Of a DNA stretch of 64,000 nucleotides, positions 39,334 through 51,585 are shown piece after piece. A program made the position numbers and the translations under genes. This DNA is from Lingula anatina (taxonomy: Eukaryota; Animalia; Brachiopoda): the NCBI GenBank assembly GCA_051362555.1, contig CM120640.1, positions 61,668,788-61,732,787 of the forward strand, written 5' to 3'. Under the pieces are notes generated by a model that was not told the DNA's origin, did not search any database, and saw only the letters and a list, made by a program, of their open reading frames with translations. Numbering within the stretch: the first letter of the stretch is position 1; each line of letters starts with the position of its first letter.

Positions 39334-40685
39334 ATGAACCCTCCGGAGATCCCTCCTGTAGGTCTGCAGATGGGACCATTCATGCAGTTGCTGATGGGAA
39401 ATCAACCGGCTGGACAGGCAGCCCCACAACGGCCGCTGCCCCAGCAACAGCAGCAGCAGGAACAAGGCCTACCAAATCAGCCAACCAACCCACCTCAGCA
39501 GCAGGCCCCTCTTCAGGCGCAGGCCCCAATGCAGCAACAGCTAGGGCTGCAAAATGCACCCAACCAGCAAGCTATAGGCCAAGCACAATGCCAAGCACAA
39601 GGTCCAGCACTAGGTCAAGCAAAAGGTCAAGCTTACAACCAACAGCTTCACCAACCACTAGGTCCAATTGGACAAGGGCCAGGTTTCTCACTGGTATAGG
39701 CCAACCCCTGGCCCCTCAGCCTTTTACTCAAAAGACCCACAACCAGACGCACCTCGGTGGTGGGGGCATACAGTTCCCTCAAGCCGTAGGGACCCAGCAC
39801 ATGGCCACAATGGGGTGGCTGGGAGCAGGAGGGGGACAGCCTCCTCAGGCTGGCGTAGCCCAGCAGTTTGTCCCTGGCACTGGACTGGGCATGGTAGGGG
39901 GGCAGCTCTCTCACACTGGGGTAGCCCAGCAGCCCATTCACGCAGCAGGACTTGGTGGGATAGGGAGGCAGCCTCCTGTAGCTGGTGTAGGCCAGCAACC
40001 CACCTTGGTCACCGGCCTTGGACCTGGGGTGATGCACGCCAGACTGACAGGTAACCATCTTACTCTTCTCTCCACCCCTCTGGACTCACACATCCCCCAA
40101 ACTATCCGGGACCAAATTGCAAGAGAAAAATATGTTGATTTACGCCAACTCCTCAACAAAGATCAAAAACAAAAGGTATCGTACAATGGTGAGCTGGACG
40201 AAAACGGCAATCTCCTATTCGTCATTGCCACACCAGCCTCTAAATCTCCACTCACCTTAACAGATTGGCAAGCAGCCTTTTATGTCTTTCAAACAATTTA
40301 TATCACACTTTAACCCCATCAAGCCCTCAACCTTCTCAAATATGGCGATTAAATCCTCCACCTGAGCAAAATCCCCAGGATGGACTGGCAGAAATGTGAC
40401 AGGGAATTCCGCCAGAATAGGCTTTATGGGTTACCGTGGGAAATCCCCAACCAAGAACTTATGCTAAGATGTGCCTCCCCTTCACATACCACTATCTCCT
40501 GGCCCATAAATCAACGGCCGCCCTTTCGTTCAACCCGCTCTTCTCTGGCCCAAACCGCCTCTAACTCCCCAATATGCCAGTGGAATAGGGGCGATTTTTG
40601 CGACAAATTCCAATGTCGCTACCAACATGTCTGCACTAAATGCCTTCACCCTACCCACTGCCATGTCAACTGTGGCTGTCATCAC
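39334..40685 (+). mobile_element. DIRS/Ngaro-type gag-like ORF1, copy B (frameshifted)
   Basis: Q/P/G-rich N-terminus, then 'LDSHIPQTIRDQIAREKYVDLRQLL', 'LTLTDWQAAFYVFQTIY', 'LLKY', 'WQKCDREFRQ...W', 'PFR' and a Cys/His finger 'CQWNRGDFCDKFQCRYQHVCTKCLHPTHCHVNC'. Confidence 0.72.
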
Positions 40686-40689
40686 CGCA

Positions 40690-41070
40690 AATGTATGAAG
40701 TACAACCACATACTGTCTATATTGATGTTTTTAGTCGGCATTTATGGTTGAGGCCTCTTAAGACCAAAGAAGGACAAGAGGTGGCTTCCAGCATCAAGAA
40801 CATTTTTCAAGAATGGGGAACACCAACCCGAGTGCAGACAGATCGGGAAAATGAATTTAAAGGACAGTCCAAAGACTTATGTGACAAAATAAGAATCAAA
40901 TGATTTTGAGTAGCCCTCACCACCCGAAAAGTCAAGGCAAGGATTCCACCTAACCATAAAAGCAAAAATTTAACACTGGGAAGAGAATCTAATGGATTAC
41001 CAAATGGCTTGCAATAACAGCTCCCATTCTGCTATAAGCATGATGCCACGTGAATGCCATTTTGGACCGA
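40690..41070 (+). pseudogene. Retroviral-type (rve) DDE integrase core, Ginger/KRBA2-like
   Basis: 'IDVFSRHLWLRPLKTKEGQEVA..IKNIFQEWGTPTRVQTDRENEFKG...SSPHHPKSQGK...NNSSHSAISMMP.E.HFG'. Contains stops, and the catalytic E region is deleted. Confidence 0.8.
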
Positions 41071-41417
41071 AAAAGAATACACTGGAGGAAAAAAGGAGTG
41101 AAGACATTAGACCAAAAGAAGTTAATGTTTCAGAGGCTGCATCTAAGAAACTGATACATAGATCAATGATCAAATATCCCCATCAATATTCAATGTTGGG
41201 GATCATTTCCTTCATGAAAGCATGACAAAAGACCGCAGAGTTAGCCAAGGGAGCAGTCTGTCAAAAAGATGCAAGCGCAAAATTGTACCCTAGTAGAGTG
41301 AGATCTGGTCACAGACAGATATAAGGTACAGACCCAGTGTTCTCATGCTGGTGACACTCAACAAAATTGGGATTCTGTGGACAATTTAACTTCAAAGATC
41401 TATAGCCATGAACAACT

Positions 41418-41940
41418 ATGACAAAGAAAAGATGTCACAAAGTGTATGTTGCAGAGGTCATAAGAATAATTAAATCATTGTTCAAAAGGAACCTTGGGAC
41501 TTATTTTGATCTTTCACAGACAGCATCTCTTTACAGCCTGCAAATTGAACAGGATAACCCTGGTCAAGGGAGCTACATGTTCCATGCCATATCTCAACAA
41601 CTCTCCAAATATAGCATAACTATAAGCCACGAAGAAATAAGGAGAAGGGCCATTAGCTTTATGCTTAGCAACAGAAATATTTATTATAATAAGTGGGGAT
41701 TCATTCCCTTAGAAGACTTTATAGATGAAGAATCATGGGAGGAATACAATGAACAAATGTCTAAAGATGGCGAGAGGGGTGACCACATTACTTTGATTGT
41801 TGCTATGCTGTTTCTGGGTAAGCACTGCGGTCATATCCATGGTGTCAGATCAACCAGTTGTTATTAAACCAAGTGAGACCAATCAGCAGCATTCTTCTTG
41901 GACATATATCTGAGATGCATTATGTCAGTTTATGCCAAAA
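41418..41940 (+). pseudogene. OTU-family deubiquitinase domain (catalytic Cys lost)
   Basis: 'NPGQGSYMFHAISQQL' (compare GDGNCLFxA), 'HEEIRRRAISFM', 'WEEYNEQMSKDGERGDHITL' and, in another frame, 'ILLGHISEMHYVSL'. Confidence 0.8.
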
Positions 41941-42409
41941 AGAAAACAACGTAGAGAAGACCATAATTTCATGTGAACAGTGCTGTGAATCTGAAGTACT
42001 GGCATATAAATTCTACCAGTTTGTTCCCTCATACAATTTGTTCCCTTAGCGACATCCAAGAAGAATTCATCACAAGCATCACAGTTGATGGTGGATAGCA
42101 TGGTCCAAGGTTTTTATGGTCCAGTCAAGAACTAAGTGGCAGACCAGTATCATCAGTACATACCAGAGGACAAACTAGATGCCTGCCTAGTTGACAACAA
42201 CAGGGATATGAATCTTATCTCAAATTCTAAAGAACTGAACTACACAATAGTGACTGGACAAAGATTCAGGAACAAAGCATATGATACTAAAATGAACGAT
42301 GAAGAACAGGCACCAGGTTTCACAACTGGCAAATGCCTTTACATTAGTATTTTTTTCTACAAGAATGCTAGAACACAAGTTATTGCACATCCCAGTCCAG
42401 CATTGTGAC

Positions 42410-44301
42410 ACTTTGGAGCGAGAAGAAGTAGACTGGTTTGTAAGAGAACTTTGGGGTTTTAAAGGGCTGACAGAGCATCAATTCCAAGCAGTGAGTGCTG
42501 CACTCAGTGGGCAAGATGTGTATGTTGAAGTTCCTACAGGAAAAGAGAAAAGCCTATGGTTCCAGCTGCCTCCATTTCCACAAGAAGATGGAGTGGTTTA
42601 TATTGTTAGCCCTTTACATGCTCTTATAGGGGACCAGGTAAAATAATCTATCAATCAAAATGGAAAGAGATATTTATTTCAATATTTTATAATACCTAGT
42701 ATATTATTTAAACATTGCTGTAAATTGTAAGACATTTGTGGCAAACATATTTTCTCCCTAGCATGCAAATATTGCTTGAAATATAAATACCTCTACTAGT
42801 TTAAGAACTACACAATATGTTAATATGTTAGTAGTGCAGACTAACCATTGCTTTCCTTATAATCTTTACAATCACCAGTTTCGACAATTTCAAAAGAAAG
42901 TGCAGGGATCTGCAGGTGCAAACAAAAGAAGACGACAAAGCCCTCCAGCTTTCAATGGACAGGAGTATTAAATTAGGTATTTGTTAATTAAATTACTTTG
43001 TGACAATATCTGTTGTATGTATGTGTGTTGATTATCTATTTTACTACTAACATTACATTACTTTGAGTCAACTATTACGTAATTTACAGGAGTGTTCTTG
43101 TTAATTGCATTTCTAAACACCAGACTTTGGCTTCAGTATGTTTTAGTCCAGAGATAGCCACCTCTGCAAAAGGCATGGAACTGTTCAGAAAGACTGTGGC
43201 AGGGAAATTGCTGCTACTTGTTGCAATTGATGAAGCCACTGCATTCACTGCTGGTAAGTTAAATTGAGCGCATATCCATGTCTAAAGTTAAACTGGGCTT
43301 GAAGATTTCGGTCAAATTTCATTAAAAGATAGCTAAAAAGTGAGTCTTTTGAAAGAGCCATATTACAGTATGTAACTGTGTGACTTGACATAACCAGTTC
43401 AGTAATTTTTCTTCTCTACACTAGAGTAGAAGTTAATAAGGTAGGCAGCATGGTGTCAGAACAAAGACCTGGCTCCATGTCATCTTTTGTAATTGCAATT
43501 AGTAGTTATCTTAAGTGGCCATCTCTCAGTGATACCTGACATAATTTAAAAAAGTCTTTTTTTTTCAGGAGTGAAAGCTTTAGGACCGCATTCAAAGGAT
43601 TGGGACAACTGAAGGCAGTTACAGAATCTGATGCTCCTAACATGGCTTTGACTGCCAATGACACACCTGAAGTGAAAAATGGGACAACAGAAAGTCTACT
43701 CATGAAGAAGCATGTAGAAGTCCTCAAAAATTAGATAGACCCAACATCTTCCTCAGTAAAAGATACATCAATAACAGGTTGGTGATAATTCTTAGATTAT
43801 AGATGTAGATTTATAGCTCTATTATTGACAGCTTCTGCATTCCATCTTTTCTAAATTTATTATTTATTGACAACTACAAAGAAAAGGCCAGTCACATAGG
43901 CCCTCACAGAATAAAAACAAATAAAATTTTGAAAGTTTTCATTGACCTGATTTTGGAAGGAAAAATTATCTTTACAGGACATGTATTAAAGTTTTTTTTT
44001 TTGGCATTTCAAAACATGATCAGTACAACTTCATTCTGTTATATTTTACAGGATGATCTCTGTGGCATCACAGAGCTGATTAATAATATGGAAGATATAA
44101 CAAATATCCCAAAAACAACTGTTAAATGTTAGTACAAAGAAAGACTGTGAAAGTTTACTTGCACTTGAAGAGCCATTTCCCCAAAGGTCAAGATTTGATC
44201 CATGCCTCTCTCTCTCTCTCTAAGGATCAGAAATCAAGAGTACTGCACAAGTCCTGGAGAGGAGATGTAAGGTAGAGATTGCTACTACAGGATTTGGAAT
44301 G
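42410..44301 (+). pseudogene. RecQ-like SF2 helicase, intron-containing, decayed and 3'-truncated
   Basis: Exon-like blocks at about 42410-42637 ('WGFKGLTEHQFQAV.AALSGQDVYVEVPTGKEKSLWFQLPP...IVSPLHALIGDQ'), 43138-43253 ('SPE...LVAIDEA-CIHCW'), 43569-43777 ('SFRTAFKGLGQL...MALTA..T...LDRPNIFL') and 44052-44301 ('HAS...IATTGFGM'). Confidence 0.8.
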
Positions 44302-44497
44302 GTAAGGGTAAACAAGGCAGCAAAGCTGTCAAATGTACAGACAAAAACCAGAAAATAAAAACGCAGGAAATAGGATACTGTCAATTCTGATGAACTAATG
44401 TATTATGCTTACTGTAACTGCATAGCCAACATCAAAATCTTATTCTGCATAACACTGGATTAGGATGAAAGTAAAATGTGTATCAAGCATTAGACTA

Positions 44498-44705
44498 AGT
44501 TCCCATACCTAGATCAATCTAACAGGATCAATCCAACTCCAAGGGGTTTCTCACTAAATTGCTTTCAGTTTGAGAGTCTTAGGATTCTGGCATGCCAGTT
44601 TCAGTAGGCGTGACAGACAACTAAGCCACTTACATTTATTGCAATTTAGCGAGAATTCCCATGGAGATAGATCGATCCACAGTTAGCATGATAGGGTCTG
44701 GAAAT
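44498..44705. mobile_element. Diverged third copy of the Derlin-intron MITE
   Basis: TTCCCATA..TAGATCAATCTA...GGGGTTTCTCACTAAATTGC...GCAATTTAGCGAG...GATAGATCGATCC. Confidence 0.55.
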
Positions 44706-44802
44706 AGTCCCTAAGGTGTCAGGCTGATAAGAGTTAAACTTTGGAAATGCCAGAATGAGGTACAGTGAAAATTACACACACAAAAACAAATTGCTTAAAC
44801 TC

Positions 44803-44803
<1 letters not shown>

Positions 44804-44855
<52 letters not shown>
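44804..44855. repeat. (TA)n microsatellite
   Basis: Read directly. Similar runs lie at about 51535-51582 and 56396-56443. Confidence 0.95.
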
Positions 44856-44859
<4 letters not shown>

Positions 44860-46234
44860 AATTTTTTTTTTTTTGGCTGTATGTCAATCCTAAGAATCAT
44901 TCTTGTAACTTAACAAAATACAGAAAATGTTACAAAGTAAGAGTACAGGGCTCCTGGCAGATGGGAGTGATAAGTCACAACTTGAAAATGCCAGTATAGC
45001 ACACTATAAACCTGCATTGCCTCCAAAACAGAAAACAATCACACTGGTTTTCAAACACAAGCTGCGCACTTCTGTCTTATGAAACTTTTCACTAAGTTTC
45101 AGTATCGTAAGTAACATGGTTTTCCCTTAATCGCTATCCTGGCAGCAGTGTCCAAAATAGGGTTTTCTTCAACTTTCATGCAATAAAACATAATACTTAA
45201 CAGCATAATGACCATCAAATTTTTTATAAAAAAATAAAAGTATCATGGATATTCAGAAAATGTGATATGGAAAGGTCTCCAAGGACATGGAAGTTAGGGT
45301 CACACTTTCAAAATGCCAAAATGTAAACAAGAGATAACTGTACTGAAATGATTTTCTTTCCATTTTCAACACCTTTTTTAAAACAAAATGATCAATAAAC
45401 TGTCATTTTTAAATGTTCAACTAGGAAAATTGTTGACATAGGAAAAATATCAATAGAACAATTTTCAATGTCCAATTTGCTCCATTTGCAGATGCTGAAC
45501 ATAGTGAATGATTAAATCTGACAAACTGCAATGATGAGTTCCTTTCCATTTATGATACTTTATTACACAATGCACAATATTATAACAGGTTTACCGTCAT
45601 TTTTATATAATCAACAAACAATATTGTTAAGAAGCAGAAAATGTCAAAACAACACTTTTACATATCTTATTAGTTCCATAATGAGACTGTTAACATGCCT
45701 AAGAATTAAATCTGAAGAAATAACAATTATATACAAAAAAACAGAAAATGCACAGCACTTCTGGTGGATGGGAGTATAAAATCACATCTTGAAGATGCTA
45801 GTGTTTGAAAAATAATTTTAAAAAAATTTTAAATAAAACGTAAAAAATTCCAATAAAGCTGCTATTCAAACTTTTAATCTAGCTGTATTAACTTGATATT
45901 AATAACCCCACCAAGTTTGAGAAAAATAAAGCACTGTTATGCATCTATAGCATGTTGGCATAACACATTCTTTTTGTTGTAAATTATTTGCAATGTTAAA
46001 CACCATTTATCTGCACAATTATCACCAAATCCTAATTTTGTGACACAGTTAAGAGAGCTAAACCTATGGGACTTTACAGGGAAATCTCAAGGAGTGTTTT
46101 ATGTAATCTCATTTAGTGGCCAATTGAAAATTAATGAGTAGGCAAGTGACTTTATAGACCTTAATTTAATTAGTGATCACCCAAGGGACAATTTTAAAGA
46201 CTGCTATCCATACAGTACCGTCATATACCACAAA

Positions 46235-46895
46235 GGTGTTGCATACATGCTGAAAAAAGTGAAAAAACAGCATTACTTCCCTAAAAATGACCCGATCATG
46301 CTGATTTTCAAACTTGACCAGCGTATTATGAATACTCATTAGTTCTGCAAGTTTCAAACCAAAAGGTTAAATGGTTTTCCACTTATCATGTTATCAGTGT
46401 TGCATATATGCTGAAAAAAGTGAAAAACAGCATAACTTCCCTAAAAATGACCCAATCATACTGATTTTCAAACTTGACCTGCGTATTATGAATATTCATC
46501 AGTTCTGTAAGTTTGAAACCAAAAGGTAAAATGGATTTCCACTTATTGTGTTATCGGTGCTGCATATATGCTGAAGAAAGTGAAAAAACAGCATAACTAC
46601 CCTAAAAATGACCCGATCATGCTGATTTTCGAACTTGACCTGCGTAATATGAATATTCATTAGTTCTGCAAGTTTCAAGCCAAAAGGTAAAATGATTTTT
46701 CACTTATCATGTTATCAGTGTTGCATATATGGTGAAAAAAGTGAAAAACAGCATAACTTCCCTAAAAATGACCCGATCATGCTGATTTTCGAACTTGACC
46801 TGTGTATTATGAATATTCATCAGTTTTGTAAGTTTCAAGGGAAAAGGTAAAATGGTTTTCCACTTATCGTGTTATCGGTGCTGCATATATGCTGA
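46235..46895 (-). repeat. 161-bp satellite array, about 4 units, reverse orientation
   Basis: GCATA(C/T)ATG recurs at about 46241, 46402, 46562, 46723 and 46883. It is the reverse complement of the unit at 47750-48990. Confidence 0.9.
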
Positions 46896-47430
46896 AACAA
46901 GACAGCACTGTTCTGCAATGGGTTTACTTCCATTTTTAAAACACTTTTTTAACATAAAACAAAATTTTTTAACATAAAACAAAATAAACAGTTTTCTACC
47001 ACTTGTATATGATCAACTAAGAAAATTGATGAGATGGGAAAAAAATCAATAGAACAGTGTTAAATGTCCAATTTCCTCCATTCTGAGATAATGAATATAG
47101 TAGATGATTGAATCTGACAAACTGCAATGATATTTGTTTATTTCCATTTTTGACACTTTATAACATAATACACAATAACAAGTTTACCATCATTTTTACA
47201 TAATCAACTAACAATGTTATTAAGATGCAGGAAATGTCAAACAAACACTTTTACGTATCTTATTAGTTCAATAATGAGACTGTTAACATGCCTAACAATT
47301 GAATCTGAGGAAATAAGAAAAAACAGCATAACTTCTAAAAGAATGGCCCGATTATGCTGATTTTGGAACTCAACCTGCGTTTTAGTTAGTTTGACTACTC
47401 CTGTGAGTATAATGACAATTGGCCTATCTG

Positions 47431-47700
47431 TTTTTTATGTACAGACACAGATGTGTCTGTACATATAGCCATCATCTGCGTCTGTCGTCGCCGTCGCCGT
47501 CGTCGCCGTGCACTTTTACCGATAACACGATAAGTGGAAAACCATTTTACCTTTTGACTTGAAACTTGCAGAACTGATGAATATTCATAATACGCAGGTC
47601 AAGTTCGAAAATCAGCATGATCGGGTCACTTTTAGGGAATTTATGCTGTTTTTATGTACAGACACAGATGTGTCTGTACATATAGCTATCATCTGCGTCT

Positions 47701-47740
<40 letters not shown>

Positions 47741-48990
47741 CCGTGCACTTTTACCGATAACACGATAAATGGAAAACTGTTTTTTCTTTTGGTATGAAAC
47801 TTACAGAACTGATGAATATTCATAATACGCAGGTCAAGTTCGAAAATCAGCATGATCGGGTCACTTTTAGGGAATTTATGCTGTTTTTTCACTTTTTTCA
47901 GCATATATGCAGCACTGATAACACGATAAGTGGAAAACTGTTTTTTCTTTTGGCTTGAAACTTACAGAACTGATGAATATTCATAATACGCAGGTCAAGT
48001 TCGAAAATCAGCATGATCGGGTCACTTTTAGGGAATTTATGCTGTTTTTTCACTTTTTTCAGCATATATGCAGCACCGATAACACGATAAGTGGAAAACC
48101 ATGTTACCTTTTGGCTTGAAACTTACAGAACTGATGAATATTCATAATACGCAGGTCAAGTTCGAAAATCAGCATGATCGGGTCATTTTTAGGGAATTTA
48201 TGCTGTTTTTTCACTTTTTTCAGCATATATGCAACCCCGATAACACGATAAGTGGAAAACCATCCTACCTTTTGGCTTGAAACTTACAAAACTGATTAAT
48301 ATTCATAATACACAGGTCAAGTTCGAAAATCAGCATGATTGGGTCATTTTTAGGGAATTTATGCTGTTTTTTCACTATTTTTCAGCATATATGCAGCACC
48401 GATAACACCATAAGTGGAAAACCAATTTACCTTTTGGCTTGAAACTTGTAGAACTGATAAATATTCATAATACGCAAGTCAAGTTCGAAAATCAGCATGA
48501 TTCGATTATTGTTAGGGAATTTATGCTGTTTTTTCACTTTTTTCAGCATATATGCAGCACTGATAACACAATAAGTGGAAAACTGTTTTTTCATTTGGCT
48601 TGAAACTTACAGAACTAATGAATATTCATAATACACAGGGCAAGTTTGAAAATCAGCAAGATCGGGCAATTTTTATGGAAGTTATCCTGTTTTTTTTTTT
48701 TTTTTTTTTTTCAATTTTTTCAGCACTTTTATAACACCGATAACATGATAAGTGTAAAAATGTTTTTCCTTTCCTTGGATTGAAATTTACAGAACTGGTG
48801 AATATTTATTATACGCAGGTCAAGTTTGAAAATTGGCATGATTGGACTATTTTTACAAAAGTAATGCTGTTTTTTTCCCTTTATTCAGCATACATGCAAC
48901 ACTGATAACGCATTTTAAGGAAAACCAATCAGCCTTTTGTCTTGCAACTCACAGGAGTGATCAATCTGACCAGTATACAGATCAAGTTTG
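47431..48990 (+). mobile_element. Two consecutive HINE/DINE-1-like (non-autonomous Helentron) heads followed by a 161-bp tandem array
   Basis: T-run, 14-bp-arm palindrome TATGTACAGACACA-GA-TGTGTCTGTACATA, short spacer, (CGT/CGC)n microsatellite, then 161-bp units (CATAATACGC at 47821, 47982, 48143). Heads start at about 47431 and 47649, both in T-runs. Confidence 0.75.
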
Positions 48991-51530
48991 AAAATAAGCT
49001 TGATCAGTTAAGTTTTGATGAAGTTATTAGCCTTTTTGTATATAAGTGGTTTTTCTTCAGATTTAATTCTTAAGCATGTTAACAGTCTCATAACGGTACT
49101 AATTGGATATGTTAAAGTGTTGTTTTAACATTTTCTGCTTCTTAACAATATTGTTAGTTGATTATATAAAAATGACGGTAAACCTATTATCCTGCATTGT
49201 GTAATAAAGTATCAAAAATGGAAAGGAACTCATCATTGCAGTTCGTCAGATTCAATCATTCAGTTTGTTCAGAATCTCCAAATGGAGCTAATTGGACATT
49301 ATAAATTGTTCTATTGATATTTTTCCTATGTCAACAATTTTCCTAGTTGATCATTTAAAAATGACAGTTATGATGGTTTTATGTAAAAAAAGGTGTTGAA
49401 AATGGAAAGAAAATCATTTCAGTACAGTTATCTCTTGTTAACATTTTGGCATTTTGAAAGTGTGACCCTAACTTCCATGTCCTTGGAGACCTTTCCATAT
49501 CACATTTTCTGAATATCCATGATACTTTTATTTTTTTATAAAAAATTTGATGGTCATTATGCTGTTAAGTATTATGTTATATTGCATGAAAGTTAAAGAA
49601 AACCCTATTTTGGACACTGCTGCCAGGATAGCGATTAAGGGAAAACCATGTTACTTATGATAATCAACCTTACTGAAAAGAGTGAAGTGCAGCTTGTGTT
49701 GGAAAACCATCGTAATTGTTTTCTGTTTTGAAAGCAATGCAGTACAGTGCTATTTGGTGCAATAAATGTATATGGATAGTAGGCAGTTAATTCAGGGTTA
49801 TAAAATAATTTGCTTAATTGATTTTCAAGTTATTTCAGGGTTATAAAATAATTTGCTTAATTAATTTTCAAGTGGGTATTAAATGAGATTACATAAACAC
49901 ACATTGAGATTTCATTGTAAAGTCCCATCGGTTTAGCTTTCTTAACTGTGTCACATAATTAGGAATCGATGATTATTATGCAGGTAAATGTTATTTAATA
50001 TGGAAAATAAGTTTACAAAAAAAAATTTGTGTAACGCTTACATTAATGCTAAAGATGAATAACAGTGCCTTATTATTCTCAAACTCAATAGGGTTATTCA
50101 TATCATGTTAGTAATTGTACAGCTAGATTAAAAGTTTGAATAGCAGCTTTATTGGTATTTTTTGTTATGTTTTATTTTACATTTTCTTTTAATTTTTTTA
50201 TGCTGTTTTTTCACTTTTTTCAACATATATGCAACATTAATAACACAATATAAGAAAAACAGCTTAGCCAATTGTCATTATACTCACAGGAGTGGTCAAT
50301 CTTACAAAAATGCAGGTTGAGTTCGAAAATCAGTGTTATCGGGCCATTATTTTAGAAGTTGTACTGTTTTTTCAAATTTCCTCAGATTCAATTCTTAGGC
50401 ATGTTAACAGTCTCATTATTGAACTAATAAGATACGTAAAAGTGTGTGTTTGATATTTCCTGCATCTTTACAACATTGTTAGTTGATTATGTAAAAATGA
50501 TGGTAAACTTGTTATCATGTATTGTGTAATCAAGTGTCCAAAACGGAAATAAACTCATATCATTGCAGTTTGTCAGATTCAATCATCCACATCTGCCATG
50601 ATGACCATGATGGGAAAACCGTGTTCATTATGATTGTCAAACTTTCAAAAAAGAAACACAGGACTAAAATGCAGCCCAAGTTGGAAAAGCAGTCTAATGG
50701 GCTTCTTTTTCTGGAAGTTATTCATTTTAGTGAAATATTCATTATCTTTTTGGCATATTCATTGTGGGACTCGGAGCTCCCATGGACATGAAGCCGGATG
50801 GTAATCAAATTTTCTACATGTTCATGCTATTTATAGTCAATAATCAAAAATTGGTGATAATTATTCTATAATTTATTATGTAATGTTACATCAAAATTGA
50901 CAATAATCTTTTTGCACTGCTACTGCAAACATTATGAAAAGAAAACTGTGTTATTTATTATTATATTTAACTTAAGAGTATGATTTTTAGGATTGGCATG
51001 CAGTTCAAATTAGAAAGCCAGGTCAATTGGGTTATCATTTATTATTGAATTTAATGCAATTTTGTGTGAAATTTCATTTTTCTCATTCTGGCACTTTCTA
51101 AGTATAAACTTGAACTCTGATGGGCCTGAAGCCTTATGCTTTTACTCTCATCGGTGTTACCTGTTGTGCAAAAATTAAAATTTGATGTTGACTGTGCAGT
51201 TAAACATAATGTATTATTGCATCAGAAGTTGTAGTCTCCTATTTTGTGCATTATTGTTTTGTGCTCTTCTTAAGTTGTGACTTATGGGCCTGAAAGACCT
51301 TTGAGAGGGTCAGTCTATAAATTTCCCTTGGGTATCACTTCGCTAATTTCAGTTATAAAGTAATTTGCCTAATTGATAGGCTACATAAAGCACACTTGTG
51401 ATTTGAGATTACATAAAGCACACTTGTTGATATTTCCCTGTAAACTCCCATAGGTTAAGCTCTCTGCTAGATTAATAATAAGGAAGCAGTGATAATTATG
51501 CAGGTAAATTTTGTTTAATATTGCAAATAA

Positions 51531-51585
<55 letters not shown>

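Noticed and set aside
39648-40159. Overlapping ORFs on both strands in the GC-rich gag region
   Set aside because: Stop-poor shadow frames of the Q/P/G-rich gag N-terminus, with no motifs.
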